Source: Dehalococcoidia bacterium
GTDB lineage: Bacteria > Chloroflexota > Dehalococcoidia > Lucifugimonadales > UBA3495
Assembly (NCBI GenBank): GCA_009692925.1
Contig: SHYG01000002.1
Span: forward strand, 1-61,020
DNA: 61,020 nt
Direction of reading: 5' to 3'
This document shows, one piece after another, positions 53,644 through 61,020 of the stretch. The translations under genes were made by a program, and so were the position numbers. Position 1 is the first letter of the stretch. Each line of letters begins with the position of its first letter. A model generated the notes under the pieces. It was not told where the DNA came from. It searched no databases and worked only from the letters and a program-made list of their open reading frames with translations.

Positions 53644-53946
53644 ATGCCCGCACAACTGCGGCTGTACACCATCAACAAGGGCCACATGGACGACTTTGTG
53701 GCGGCCTGGCGCAAGGGGGTATACCCCCTATGGCTGAAGCACGGCTTCAAGATTGAGCGCGCCGGGGTAATCCAGGAGAGCAACCAGTTCATGTGGATGT
53801 TGTCCCACGACGACCCGGTGGACTGGGAAGCCAAGGAAAAGGCCTACTACGCCTCGCCGGAGCGCAAGGCGCTGACTCCAGACCCCGGGCAATGGATTGC
53901 CAGGGCGGAAAGGTACTTCGTCAGTCAGGTCGTTGCGCCCAAGTAG
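53644..53946 (+). CDS. NIPSNAP-like dimeric alpha/beta-barrel protein
   Basis: 100 aa. LRLYTINKGHMDDFVAAW pattern. Confidence 0.6.
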   Translation: MPAQLRLYTINKGHMDDFVAAWRKGVYPLWLKHGFKIERAGVIQESNQFMWMLSHDDPVDWEAKEKAYYASPERKALTPDPGQWIARAERYFVSQVVAPK

Positions 53947-54099
53947 CAGGGGCATTGGTCGTCTGCAGTGGCATTGCATTGCCCGCTCACGTTGCTAGCC
54001 TTAGCGAGCAGAGCGAGCGTGAGGACCCTGTCGAACCAGGCCGGCCCTCCTGTGCTAGAATTGCGGTGGCTAATGGGTTAACGCGTTCGGGGGGCATGA

Positions 54100-54990
54100 T
54101 TGGCGGCAAAGATACTGGATGGCACTGCCTTGGCCAAGCAAGTCCGCGGCGAGGTCGCCGTTGGAGTGGCGGAGCTGCGGCAGGCCCGCGGCGTCACCCC
54201 CGGGCTGGCGGCGGTGCTGGCGGGGGATGACCCGGCTTCCGCCATCTACGTGCGCAACAAGCGCCGCGCCTGCGACGAAGTAGGTATGTTCAGCGAGACT
54301 TTTCCCCTGCCCGCCTCCGCCACCGAAGCCCAGGTGCTGGCCCTGATTGAGCGGCTGAACCACGACCCGCGCTTCCACGGCATCCTGGTGCAGCTTCCCT
54401 TGCCGTCCCAGGTGCGGGAGGAGGCGGTCATCGAGGCGGTGTCGCCCGTCAAGGACGTGGACGGCATCCACCCCTTTAACCTGGGCAAGCTGGCCCAGGG
54501 CTCGCCATGCTTCATACCCGGCACTCCCGCGGGAGTCCAGCAACTCCTGCTGCGCCACGGCTACGACCCCGCCGGGAGGCACGTGGTCATCTGCGGGCGC
54601 AGCAACATTGTCGGCAAGCCCCTGGCCATGCTGCTCATGCAACGGCAGGCTGGCGCCAACGCCACCGTAACGGTATGCCATACCCGCACCAAGAATCTGT
54701 CGGATTTGACGCGCCAGGCCGATATCCTGGTGGCGGCCATCGGCCAGCCCCGGGCCATCACCGGCGACATGGTCCGCGACGGCGTGGTGGTGATCGACGT
54801 GGGCATCAACCGCGTGGAAGACCCCGCCCGCAAGCAGGGCTACCGCCTGGAAGGGGATGTGGATTTCCAGTCCGTCGCCCCCAAGGCGGAGGCCATCACC
54901 CCGGTGCCCGGAGGAGTGGGGCCCATGACCATCGCCATGCTGCTGGCCAACACCCTCACCGCCGCCAAGCGCTCCTTGGCCGGGCGATAG
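54100..54990 (+). CDS. folD: bifunctional methylenetetrahydrofolate dehydrogenase/methenyltetrahydrofolate cyclohydrolase
   Basis: YVRNKRRACDEVG, GRSNIVGKPLAMLL and PGGVGPMT. TTG start. Confidence 0.95.
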   Translation: MAAKILDGTALAKQVRGEVAVGVAELRQARGVTPGLAAVLAGDDPASAIYVRNKRRACDEVGMFSETFPLPASATEAQVLALIERLNHDPRFHGILVQLPLPSQVREEAVIEAVSPVKDVDGIHPFNLGKLAQGSPCFIPGTPAGVQQLLLRHGYDPAGRHVVICGRSNIVGKPLAMLLMQRQAGANATVTVCHTRTKNLSDLTRQADILVAAIGQPRAITGDMVRDGVVVIDVGINRVEDPARKQGYRLEGDVDFQSVAPKAEAITPVPGGVGPMTIAMLLANTLTAAKRSLAGR

Positions 54991-55033
54991 CCGCCGTGGG
55001 CCAGTCCACGGGTTAGGCCTTCCACTTTCAGCT

Positions 55034-56101
55034 ATGCGTACCAGTGACTTCGCCTACCATCTGCCTCCCGAGCTCATCGCCCAGACTCCGGTGGAGCCTC
55101 GGGACTCCTCTCGCCTGCTGGTGCTGCGCCGCGCCACCGGTCAGCTGGAGCACCGCCAGTTTACTAACTTGGTGGAATACCTGCGCCCCGGCGACGTGAT
55201 GGTGTTCAACCAGAGCCGGGTAATTCCCGCCCGCCTGCATGGCCGCCGCAAGGATACCGGCGGCCCGGTGGAGCTGCTGCTGCTCCGCAGAGAGGAGCCG
55301 GGCATTTGGCTGGCCCTGGGCAAGCCGGGGCGCCGGTTGCGGCCGGGTGCGTGCATTGTGCTGGAGCCTGCGGCTGGTGCGCCGGCTACAGTCACTTCAG
55401 GGGGAATGGAAGCGGAGGTGCTGGAGGCCAGCGAGGACGGTACTCTGAAGGTGCGCCTGTCCCGAGAGGAGTTGGTGGATGGGTTGGGGCAGGTGCCGCT
55501 GCCGCCCTACATCCACCAACCTCTGGCGGACCGGGAGCGATACCAGACGGTTTACGCCCGCCATGCCGGGAGCGCCGCGGCGCCCACCGCCGGACTGCAC
55601 TTCACGCTCCCGCTGCTGCGCCGCCTGGAGGAGCACGGCGTGCTGCCGGTGTTTGTGACGTTGCACGTGGGGCTGGACACCTTCCGCCCGGTGCGCGGCG
55701 AAAACCCGGCGGAGCACAAGATTCACACGGAGTTTTATGAGGTTGATGCCCAGGCCGCCACTGCGCTTAACCGTGCCCGCCAAGAGGGACGGCGCGTGAT
55801 CGCGGTGGGCACCACCTCGGTGCGGGTGCTGGAGCAAATTGGCGACGATATTTTCCAGGCAGGACAGGAAGGACGGAGCGGCGTGCTCCCGGTTCAGGGA
55901 CAAGCGCGGCTGTTTATCTTGCCCGGCCACCAATTCCGCTTGGTGGATGCTATGATTACTAACTTCCACCTGCCCCGTTCCACTCTGCTGATGCTGGTTT
56001 CCGCCTTTGCCGGGCGGGAAGTGGTTCTGCAGACATACCAGGAAGCGATGGCCCGCAGCTACCGTTTCTACTCCTTTGGGGACGCCATGTTGATTATATA
56101 A
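55034..56101 (+). CDS. queA: tRNA preQ1(34) S-adenosylmethionine ribosyltransferase-isomerase
   Basis: FAYHLPPELIAQTPVEPRDSSRLLVL and SFGDAMLI end. Confidence 0.95.
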   Translation: MRTSDFAYHLPPELIAQTPVEPRDSSRLLVLRRATGQLEHRQFTNLVEYLRPGDVMVFNQSRVIPARLHGRRKDTGGPVELLLLRREEPGIWLALGKPGRRLRPGACIVLEPAAGAPATVTSGGMEAEVLEASEDGTLKVRLSREELVDGLGQVPLPPYIHQPLADRERYQTVYARHAGSAAAPTAGLHFTLPLLRRLEEHGVLPVFVTLHVGLDTFRPVRGENPAEHKIHTEFYEVDAQAATALNRARQEGRRVIAVGTTSVRVLEQIGDDIFQAGQEGRSGVLPVQGQARLFILPGHQFRLVDAMITNFHLPRSTLLMLVSAFAGREVVLQTYQEAMARSYRFYSFGDAMLII

Positions 56102-56209
56102 GTCACCAATGGTTCACCAATTCGTCGCCATTACCCTCCGGTCGCCAGCATTCTGGGTTTGCTATAATCGATAACTGGTGGACATCAGTTAGGCGGTGTG
56201 CAACGCGGC

Positions 56210-59200
56210 ATGACCAAAGTTAAAACATTGTTAGCAATCTTGGCCCTGGGGATGGCCCTGGCGGGCATGTCCCATGCCCAGGCTCAGACGGCGGCCACAG
56301 TCACCATTAGCCCCACCATAGGACCCGTGGGCACGGTGGTCACGGTCAGCGGATTTGGGTTCACCAGCAATGAAAGCCCTATTAACATTTTTTATGCTGG
56401 CAATCTTATTGCTGCGGGAACCAATCTAACGGCAAGCGGAACCACGATTTCCTTCCAGTTCACCATCCCCCCTACGCCATCCAGCGGCGGCTCTTTCACC
56501 GGGACGCGAGCGGCGAGTACGGTAAACCCCGCTACTTTCTCCATCTTGCTGCCAGGAATAGAGCTAAGCAGCACCAGCGAACCTCCGGGCACCAGAATTA
56601 CCGTCACCGGCACCAACTTTGCCGTCAATGAAACCGGAATCAACGTCACTTTTGGGGCAACCCAGGTGGCAACCACCAGTGCCAGCAGCGCCGGCGGGTG
56701 GAACGTCTCCTTTGCCGTTCCCACTGGATCTGCATTGGGGTCTCAAACTGTAAGAGCCACTGGCTCCATCTCCACCGTAGGCGCTGCTCTCTCCAAGCCC
56801 TTCACTGTGAAAGCTGGCATCTACACCAGCAGGAACACCGGTACCCCAGGGACTTCCGTGACGGTCACCGGGTCAGGCTTCCTACCCAGCGAACCCGGAG
56901 TTACCGTAACCTACGACAGCGCCACGGTGGCTTCAAGCATTGTCGTAAACTCGCAGGGTAATTGGACGGCTAATTTCAATTTACCCGACTCGGCTGGCGG
57001 CGCCCACGAAGTCGGCGCTTTCGGCAACACCACCACGAAGATCGCTGTGGGCACCGTAACCTTCACCGTGAACCCCACCATCTCCCTTAGCAAAACCAGC
57101 GGCCCGCCGGGGACCTCCGTCACGATCACCGGGGCCGGCTTTGCCGCCAGCGAGTCTAGTATCAATGTAACTTTCGACGGCGCCAACGTGGCCTCCGGCC
57201 TCCGGGCCGACGCTAAAGGGAAGTGGACTGCAAACTTTCTGACGCCGCCGACTCCCGCTGGCGGGCATACCGTTACTGCGGGCGGGTCGTCCACCTCCAG
57301 TTCCGGCGTGACGGATATCACGTTCACTGTCGGTGCAGGAATCACGCTTAGCCGGGCCAACGGGCCGCCGGGGACTTTGATTACGGTCAACGGCGCCGGA
57401 TTTGGCCCCGGCGAGTCCAGTATCGGGTTGACTTATGACGGCCTGTCGGTGGCATCTGGCATCAGCGCCAACGTTCAGGGAGCCTGGTCCGGTACTTTTA
57501 CGGTGCCTAGCTCGCCGGGTGGGCCGCATATCCTTCGGGCGTCAGGGCCTTCCGCCGGCGCCGCCCCCGAAGTTACCTTCACGGTGGGCGCCGGCCTTTC
57601 CCTCAGCCGAAGCAGCGGCTCTCCGGGAACTCCGGTCACGGTGGGAGGTTCCGGCTTCTCCCCCAACGGGCGGAGTATCACCCTGACATATGATGGCGTC
57701 CCGGTTTCGCCGGGATTGGCCGCCAACGCCCAGGGCACGTGGACCGTCAACTTTGTCGTTCCCGCTTCCCCTGGCGGCACCCATACATTTGCCGCCTCCA
57801 GTCCATCGCTCCAGGGGGTTTTGGAACCCGACGCCGTGTTCTCGGTTGTGCCGGGACTAACCATCTCCCGCAGCAGCGGGGCGCCTGGAGCTTCTTTGAC
57901 AGTGAACGGGTCCGGCTTTGGGGCCAGCGAGCGAGGCATCATCGTCTCCTTTGACGGCTTACCGGTGGCCTCGGGAATTAGCGCCAACGGCCAGGGAGGA
58001 TGGTCCGCGGTCTTCGCGGTGCCATCGACCACCGCGGGATCCCACACCATCGGCGCCTCTGGTTCAGCTACTCAGGGCTTCGCCTCAACGGAGGTCACGT
58101 TCCTGGTAGCGGCGGAGCTGACGGTTAACCGGCCCAACGCCTCACCAGGGATGCCTATTATCGTCACCGGGTCTGGCTTTGCGGCCAGCGAAACCGCTAT
58201 CTCCATTACCTTCCATGGCACACCGGTTGCCTCGGCCATCACGGCTACTAGCCAAGGCACCTGGACCGCCAATTTTGCGGTGCCTGCCTCCACCGCCGGC
58301 TCCCACGAAATCCGGGCCTCCGGTTCCGCCACGCAAGCGGCGGCGGCGCCGGCTATCAGCCTGGGCGTGGTGCCGGTGGTATCCATCAGCCCCAACACCG
58401 GCAATGTCGGGATGAAAGTCGACATCACCGGAGCCGGTTACGCCGCCAACGCTGCCCTGGCAGTGGTATTTGGCGACGGTGAAGTCCGGGGCGGCGGGAT
58501 CACTACTGACGGCGCCGGCAGCTTTGGTTTTTCGCTGGTGGCGCCCCGAATCAGAGCCGGCGCTCAAAGCATTAGAGTCAGTGACGGCCTGCGCAACGAC
58601 GCCCAGGCGACCTTCACTGTGGAGGGCGTTCCGCCGCGCTCACCCAGCCCGCTTGCTCCCAAGAACAACAAGCGCGTCGGTCTGGTGGGGGGCGCCACGC
58701 CAACCATCACCTGGTCCAACGCGCAGGATCCCAGCGGCGTTACCTATGTCCTGCAGTTGGATACGGCCCCGGATTTCCCTAATCCAATCCTGGAAAAGTT
58801 TGACTTGACCTCCACCAGCTACACGCTGTCGGAAGGTGAGGCGCTGTCTCGAGGCCGGTACTACTGGCGCGTGCGCGCGGTGGACGGGGCCTACAACGAA
58901 AGTCCCTGGTCCGACCCCTTGATAGTGCGTTCCGGCCTGATCCCCGCCTGGATGCTGGTGGTCCTGGTAATTGCGGGACTGGCCGCCACCGGAGGCGCTG
59001 GCATCTACGGGTATCTCTACTACTTCCACCGCAAGCCGGAGGTCATCCGAGTGGGGGAGGTTACCATGCCAGCCCAGGCGCCCGGATATTTCCGCGAGCT
59101 TGGCGCTCCGGAAGAGGCTGGGCGTCCCCAGCAGCGCGCCTTGGGACTTCCCACCCGGCTGGCGTTGCCCGGCAGCACCCAGCGGCACCCCAAGGTCCTG

Positions 59201-59926
59201 TCGCTTCAGGAGCAGGGCCGCCTCCGGATCCTGGTGGATTTTGCCCGGTCCTTACCCTTGCTCCAGGTGGGCTACAACGTGGGCTGGCTGGAAGAGCTGT
59301 TGCGCGGTGCCGACGGCAATAGCCCTTCCGACGAAATCAAAGAGCAGCTCCTCCTGGGCCGGCTAACGCCGAGATATGACCCCTCGTGGCAAGGCCATCC
59401 CCTGTACCTGGAGTTGCGCGGCATCCTGGACAGCCACCCTTTGCTTCAGGGTCTGGATAGCTTCATGGACTCAATCAACCGGTGTGCTGGAGACTCCTCT
59501 GCGCTGCTTCAGGAGGTCTTCCGTGACTCCTCGGTGGACGTGCCGGTGGAGGCCTTGCGTCAGGGCCATTGGCAGTACGTTTTCGGAGTCTACTCCGACT
59601 CTCTGGGCTGGTTCCGTGGCAAGTTCTTGCGGGAGCCCACTGAGCGCGACTACGTGTTTAAGGAGAGCCCCGCGCCGGCGGCGGGCGGGCGGGGGTTGAT
59701 GTGGCTGCAGGGCGCCGAGGACTCTCCTTTTGCCGGCGATCTGCTGCCGGGAGTGGACCGGAGCGAAGCGCAAGAGATGTTGGAACGCCATATGCGGCTG
59801 CGACGTAACTATCGGGCCAGTGAGCGCGCCAAGGACTTGGTGGAGACGCTGGCCCAGTTGGAAGTGCAGCGTGACCGGCTGCGGGGCGCGTTGGACCAGC
59901 TGAGTCAAATGGGAGATGCCCGCTGA
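56210..59926 (+). CDS. large single-pass surface protein: signal peptide, 9 tandem IPT/TIG-like repeats, FN3-like domain, TM helix, about 290-aa cytoplasmic domain of unknown function
   Basis: Repeats of about 85 aa (GxPGTxVTVxGxGF...TYDGxxVASGI..NxQGxWxxxFxVPxSxxGxH). TM IPAWMLVVLVIAGLAATGGAGIYGYLYYF. The track start at 56198 is GTG, 4 codons upstream. Confidence 0.8.
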   Translation: MTKVKTLLAILALGMALAGMSHAQAQTAATVTISPTIGPVGTVVTVSGFGFTSNESPINIFYAGNLIAAGTNLTASGTTISFQFTIPPTPSSGGSFTGTRAASTVNPATFSILLPGIELSSTSEPPGTRITVTGTNFAVNETGINVTFGATQVATTSASSAGGWNVSFAVPTGSALGSQTVRATGSISTVGAALSKPFTVKAGIYTSRNTGTPGTSVTVTGSGFLPSEPGVTVTYDSATVASSIVVNSQGNWTANFNLPDSAGGAHEVGAFGNTTTKIAVGTVTFTVNPTISLSKTSGPPGTSVTITGAGFAASESSINVTFDGANVASGLRADAKGKWTANFLTPPTPAGGHTVTAGGSSTSSSGVTDITFTVGAGITLSRANGPPGTLITVNGAGFGPGESSIGLTYDGLSVASGISANVQGAWSGTFTVPSSPGGPHILRASGPSAGAAPEVTFTVGAGLSLSRSSGSPGTPVTVGGSGFSPNGRSITLTYDGVPVSPGLAANAQGTWTVNFVVPASPGGTHTFAASSPSLQGVLEPDAVFSVVPGLTISRSSGAPGASLTVNGSGFGASERGIIVSFDGLPVASGISANGQGGWSAVFAVPSTTAGSHTIGASGSATQGFASTEVTFLVAAELTVNRPNASPGMPIIVTGSGFAASETAISITFHGTPVASAITATSQGTWTANFAVPASTAGSHEIRASGSATQAAAAPAISLGVVPVVSISPNTGNVGMKVDITGAGYAANAALAVVFGDGEVRGGGITTDGAGSFGFSLVAPRIRAGAQSIRVSDGLRNDAQATFTVEGVPPRSPSPLAPKNNKRVGLVGGATPTITWSNAQDPSGVTYVLQLDTAPDFPNPILEKFDLTSTSYTLSEGEALSRGRYYWRVRAVDGAYNESPWSDPLIVRSGLIPAWMLVVLVIAGLAATGGAGIYGYLYYFHRKPEVIRVGEVTMPAQAPGYFRELGAPEEAGRPQQRALGLPTRLALPGSTQRHPKVLSLQEQGRLRILVDFARSLPLLQVGYNVGWLEELLRGADGNSPSDEIKEQLLLGRLTPRYDPSWQGHPLYLELRGILDSHPLLQGLDSFMDSINRCAGDSSALLQEVFRDSSVDVPVEALRQGHWQYVFGVYSDSLGWFRGKFLREPTERDYVFKESPAPAAGGRGLMWLQGAEDSPFAGDLLPGVDRSEAQEMLERHMRLRRNYRASERAKDLVETLAQLEVQRDRLRGALDQLSQMGDAR

Positions 59927-59969
59927 GGCCGGTTGCCCTGGCAGCGCACCTTGCCCACTGGTTTAGGGC

Positions 59970-60335
59970 CTAGCCGGTTTCCGGGAACTGCAGGAACTGC
60001 AGGATATTTCCGTCGGGGTCTTTGAAGGTGGCAACCCAGCCGCCCCAGTGCTCCAGTTCCGGTGGCCGGATGAACTCCACGCCCAACGCAAGCAGCCGCT
60101 GGTGCTCCCCGTGGATGTCCTTAACTGCCAGGTGGGGCATTATCCGGTAAGGGTCTCTGGCCGGGCCGTGTATCTGTTCGTGCCGGCCAAGGTTGAAGCG
60201 CAACTCCCCCAGCTGGAAAGCGATGAAGTCCGCGTGCTTGGAATGGACCGGCAGCCCCAGAGTCTGATGGTAAAAGTGGAACATCCCTTCCAGGTCTTCG
60301 GTCCAGAGGGTAATTCCTGCCAGGCTGGTAATCAC
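59970..60335 (-). CDS. VOC (glyoxalase/bleomycin-resistance) family protein
   Basis: GTG at 60335 forms a GTGA overlap with the fur-family stop. ITLWTEDLEGMFHFYHQTLGL is a typical VOC N-terminus. The track start at 60428 overlaps the upstream gene. Confidence 0.75.
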   Translation of the reverse strand: MITSLAGITLWTEDLEGMFHFYHQTLGLPVHSKHADFIAFQLGELRFNLGRHEQIHGPARDPYRIMPHLAVKDIHGEHQRLLALGVEFIRPPELEHWGGWVATFKDPDGNILQFLQFPETG

Positions 60336-60832
60336 GCCGGTTGGGAGGGAGGCTGGCTGGAAGCCGGACTTCCGGTGCCGTCCTTGGTGCCCGCGGCGTC
60401 TTTGGACATACGGCCGCATCGGCGGCACCGGCCGTAGAAATCCACCCGCTGCCAGCTAACTTGGAAGTTCACTTGGCTGGTTACCCGGTCTTTCAGCACC
60501 ACCACCGCTTCTTGGCCCAGGCGTGAGTCCACCACGTCGCCGCAGCCTACGCACACCAGGTTCACGTGGGGCTCCAGATGTGGCTCGTAGCGGGCCACTC
60601 GTTGAAAGGGCAACTCTTGGATCAAGCCGCTCTGTTCCAGCATGCTCAGGGTGGAGTAAATAGTGGCCAGGGTCATGGAAGGGAAGTGCTGCCGGACGCG
60701 TTCGTAAATCTGCTGCACCGACGGATGATCCGTGGAGCTAAGCACGGCCTCGGCAATGGCCAGCCGCTGTGGGGTGACGCGCACCCCCGCTAGGCGGAGC
60801 CGTGCAGCAAGCTCCTGATGGGCCATGTTCAC
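60332..60832 (-). CDS. fur: Fur-family transcriptional regulator (Fur/Zur/PerR type not resolved)
   Basis: VTPQRLAIAEAVL, winged helix, CVGCG...CRRCG structural Zn site. Confidence 0.85.
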   Translation of the reverse strand: MNMAHQELAARLRLAGVRVTPQRLAIAEAVLSSTDHPSVQQIYERVRQHFPSMTLATIYSTLSMLEQSGLIQELPFQRVARYEPHLEPHVNLVCVGCGDVVDSRLGQEAVVVLKDRVTSQVNFQVSWQRVDFYGRCRRCGRMSKDAAGTKDGTGSPASSQPPSQPA

Positions 60833-60929
60833 TCCCGTGGTTCCGGCGTCAGAGAGGCGTGAACCACCCTACAGCATCTTCAACCCTCGCCACTATAGCC
60901 GGAATGCCAGCGGGTGGCAACGTGCGGCC

Positions 60930-60958
60930 TTGAAATGCACCGCCCAGCCAGCTATGCT
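60930..60958 (+). promoter_or_regulatory. sigma70-like promoter for tRNA-Ser
   Basis: TTGAAA, 17-nt spacer, TATGCT, ending 11 nt before the tRNA. Confidence 0.45.
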
Positions 60959-60969
60959 GAAATAGCTGT

Positions 60970-61020
60970 GGAGAGATGGCCGAGCGGTTGAAGGCGCCGG
61001 TCTCGAAAACCGGTATGCGC
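60970..61020 (+). tRNA. tRNA-Ser (anticodon CGA), 3' part cut off by the window end
   Basis: GGAGAGATGGCCGAGCGGTTGAAGGCG D-arm typical of type II tRNA. Anticodon stem-loop CCGGT-CTCGAAA-ACCGG. Confidence 0.85.

Overview
High-GC bacterial chromosome segment, probably Chloroflexota: it carries a Chlor_Arch_YYY/DUF2298 giant membrane protein and an 11-subunit nuo operon. The backbone is housekeeping. It includes queF, two tRNAs, two acyl-CoA dehydrogenases, nuoABCD-HIJKLMN (no nuoEFG), eno, gap, pheA, leuS, folD, queA, a fur-family regulator, and a cobalamin-riboswitch-controlled anaerobic-type cob operon (cbiC-X-D-T-L-F-G). On top of this sits a dense layer of small mobile or repetitive DNA and small accessory cassettes.

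- **Selenoprotein candidate:** a BtuF-like binding-protein gene has an in-frame TGA exactly where its in-window paralog has the second Cys of a CxxC motif. A SECIS-like hairpin lies 10 nt downstream, and the gene sits next to a CcdA-type thiol-disulfide transporter gene.
- **Repeat-bounded cassette:** a 1.4-kb lower-GC cassette between pheA and leuS is bounded by perfect 47-bp direct repeats. It carries a consensus promoter, a terminated ~100-nt structured RNA or leader, and a ParB/Srx-like ORF.
- **Toxin-antitoxin islet:** an islet at the leuS 3' end is bounded by a 34-bp duplication of the leuS terminus. Its MazF-like toxin is inactivated.
- **ORFs inside the nuo operon:** a low-GC overlapping two-gene module of unknown function lies in the nuoD-nuoH gap where nuoEFG normally sit, and a HicB-like ORF lies between nuoC and nuoD.
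- **MITE:** three copies of a 105-bp element with TA duplications are present, plausibly derived from an IS630-type element whose remnant is in the window.
- **Palindromic element:** seven copies of a GC-rich element (CCCCCCTTTnnnAAAGGGGGG...GGGGGGATTT) are present, three of them inserted in-frame in genes.

All calls come from reading the sequence and the ORF track. No searches were run, so family names are motif-level recognitions.
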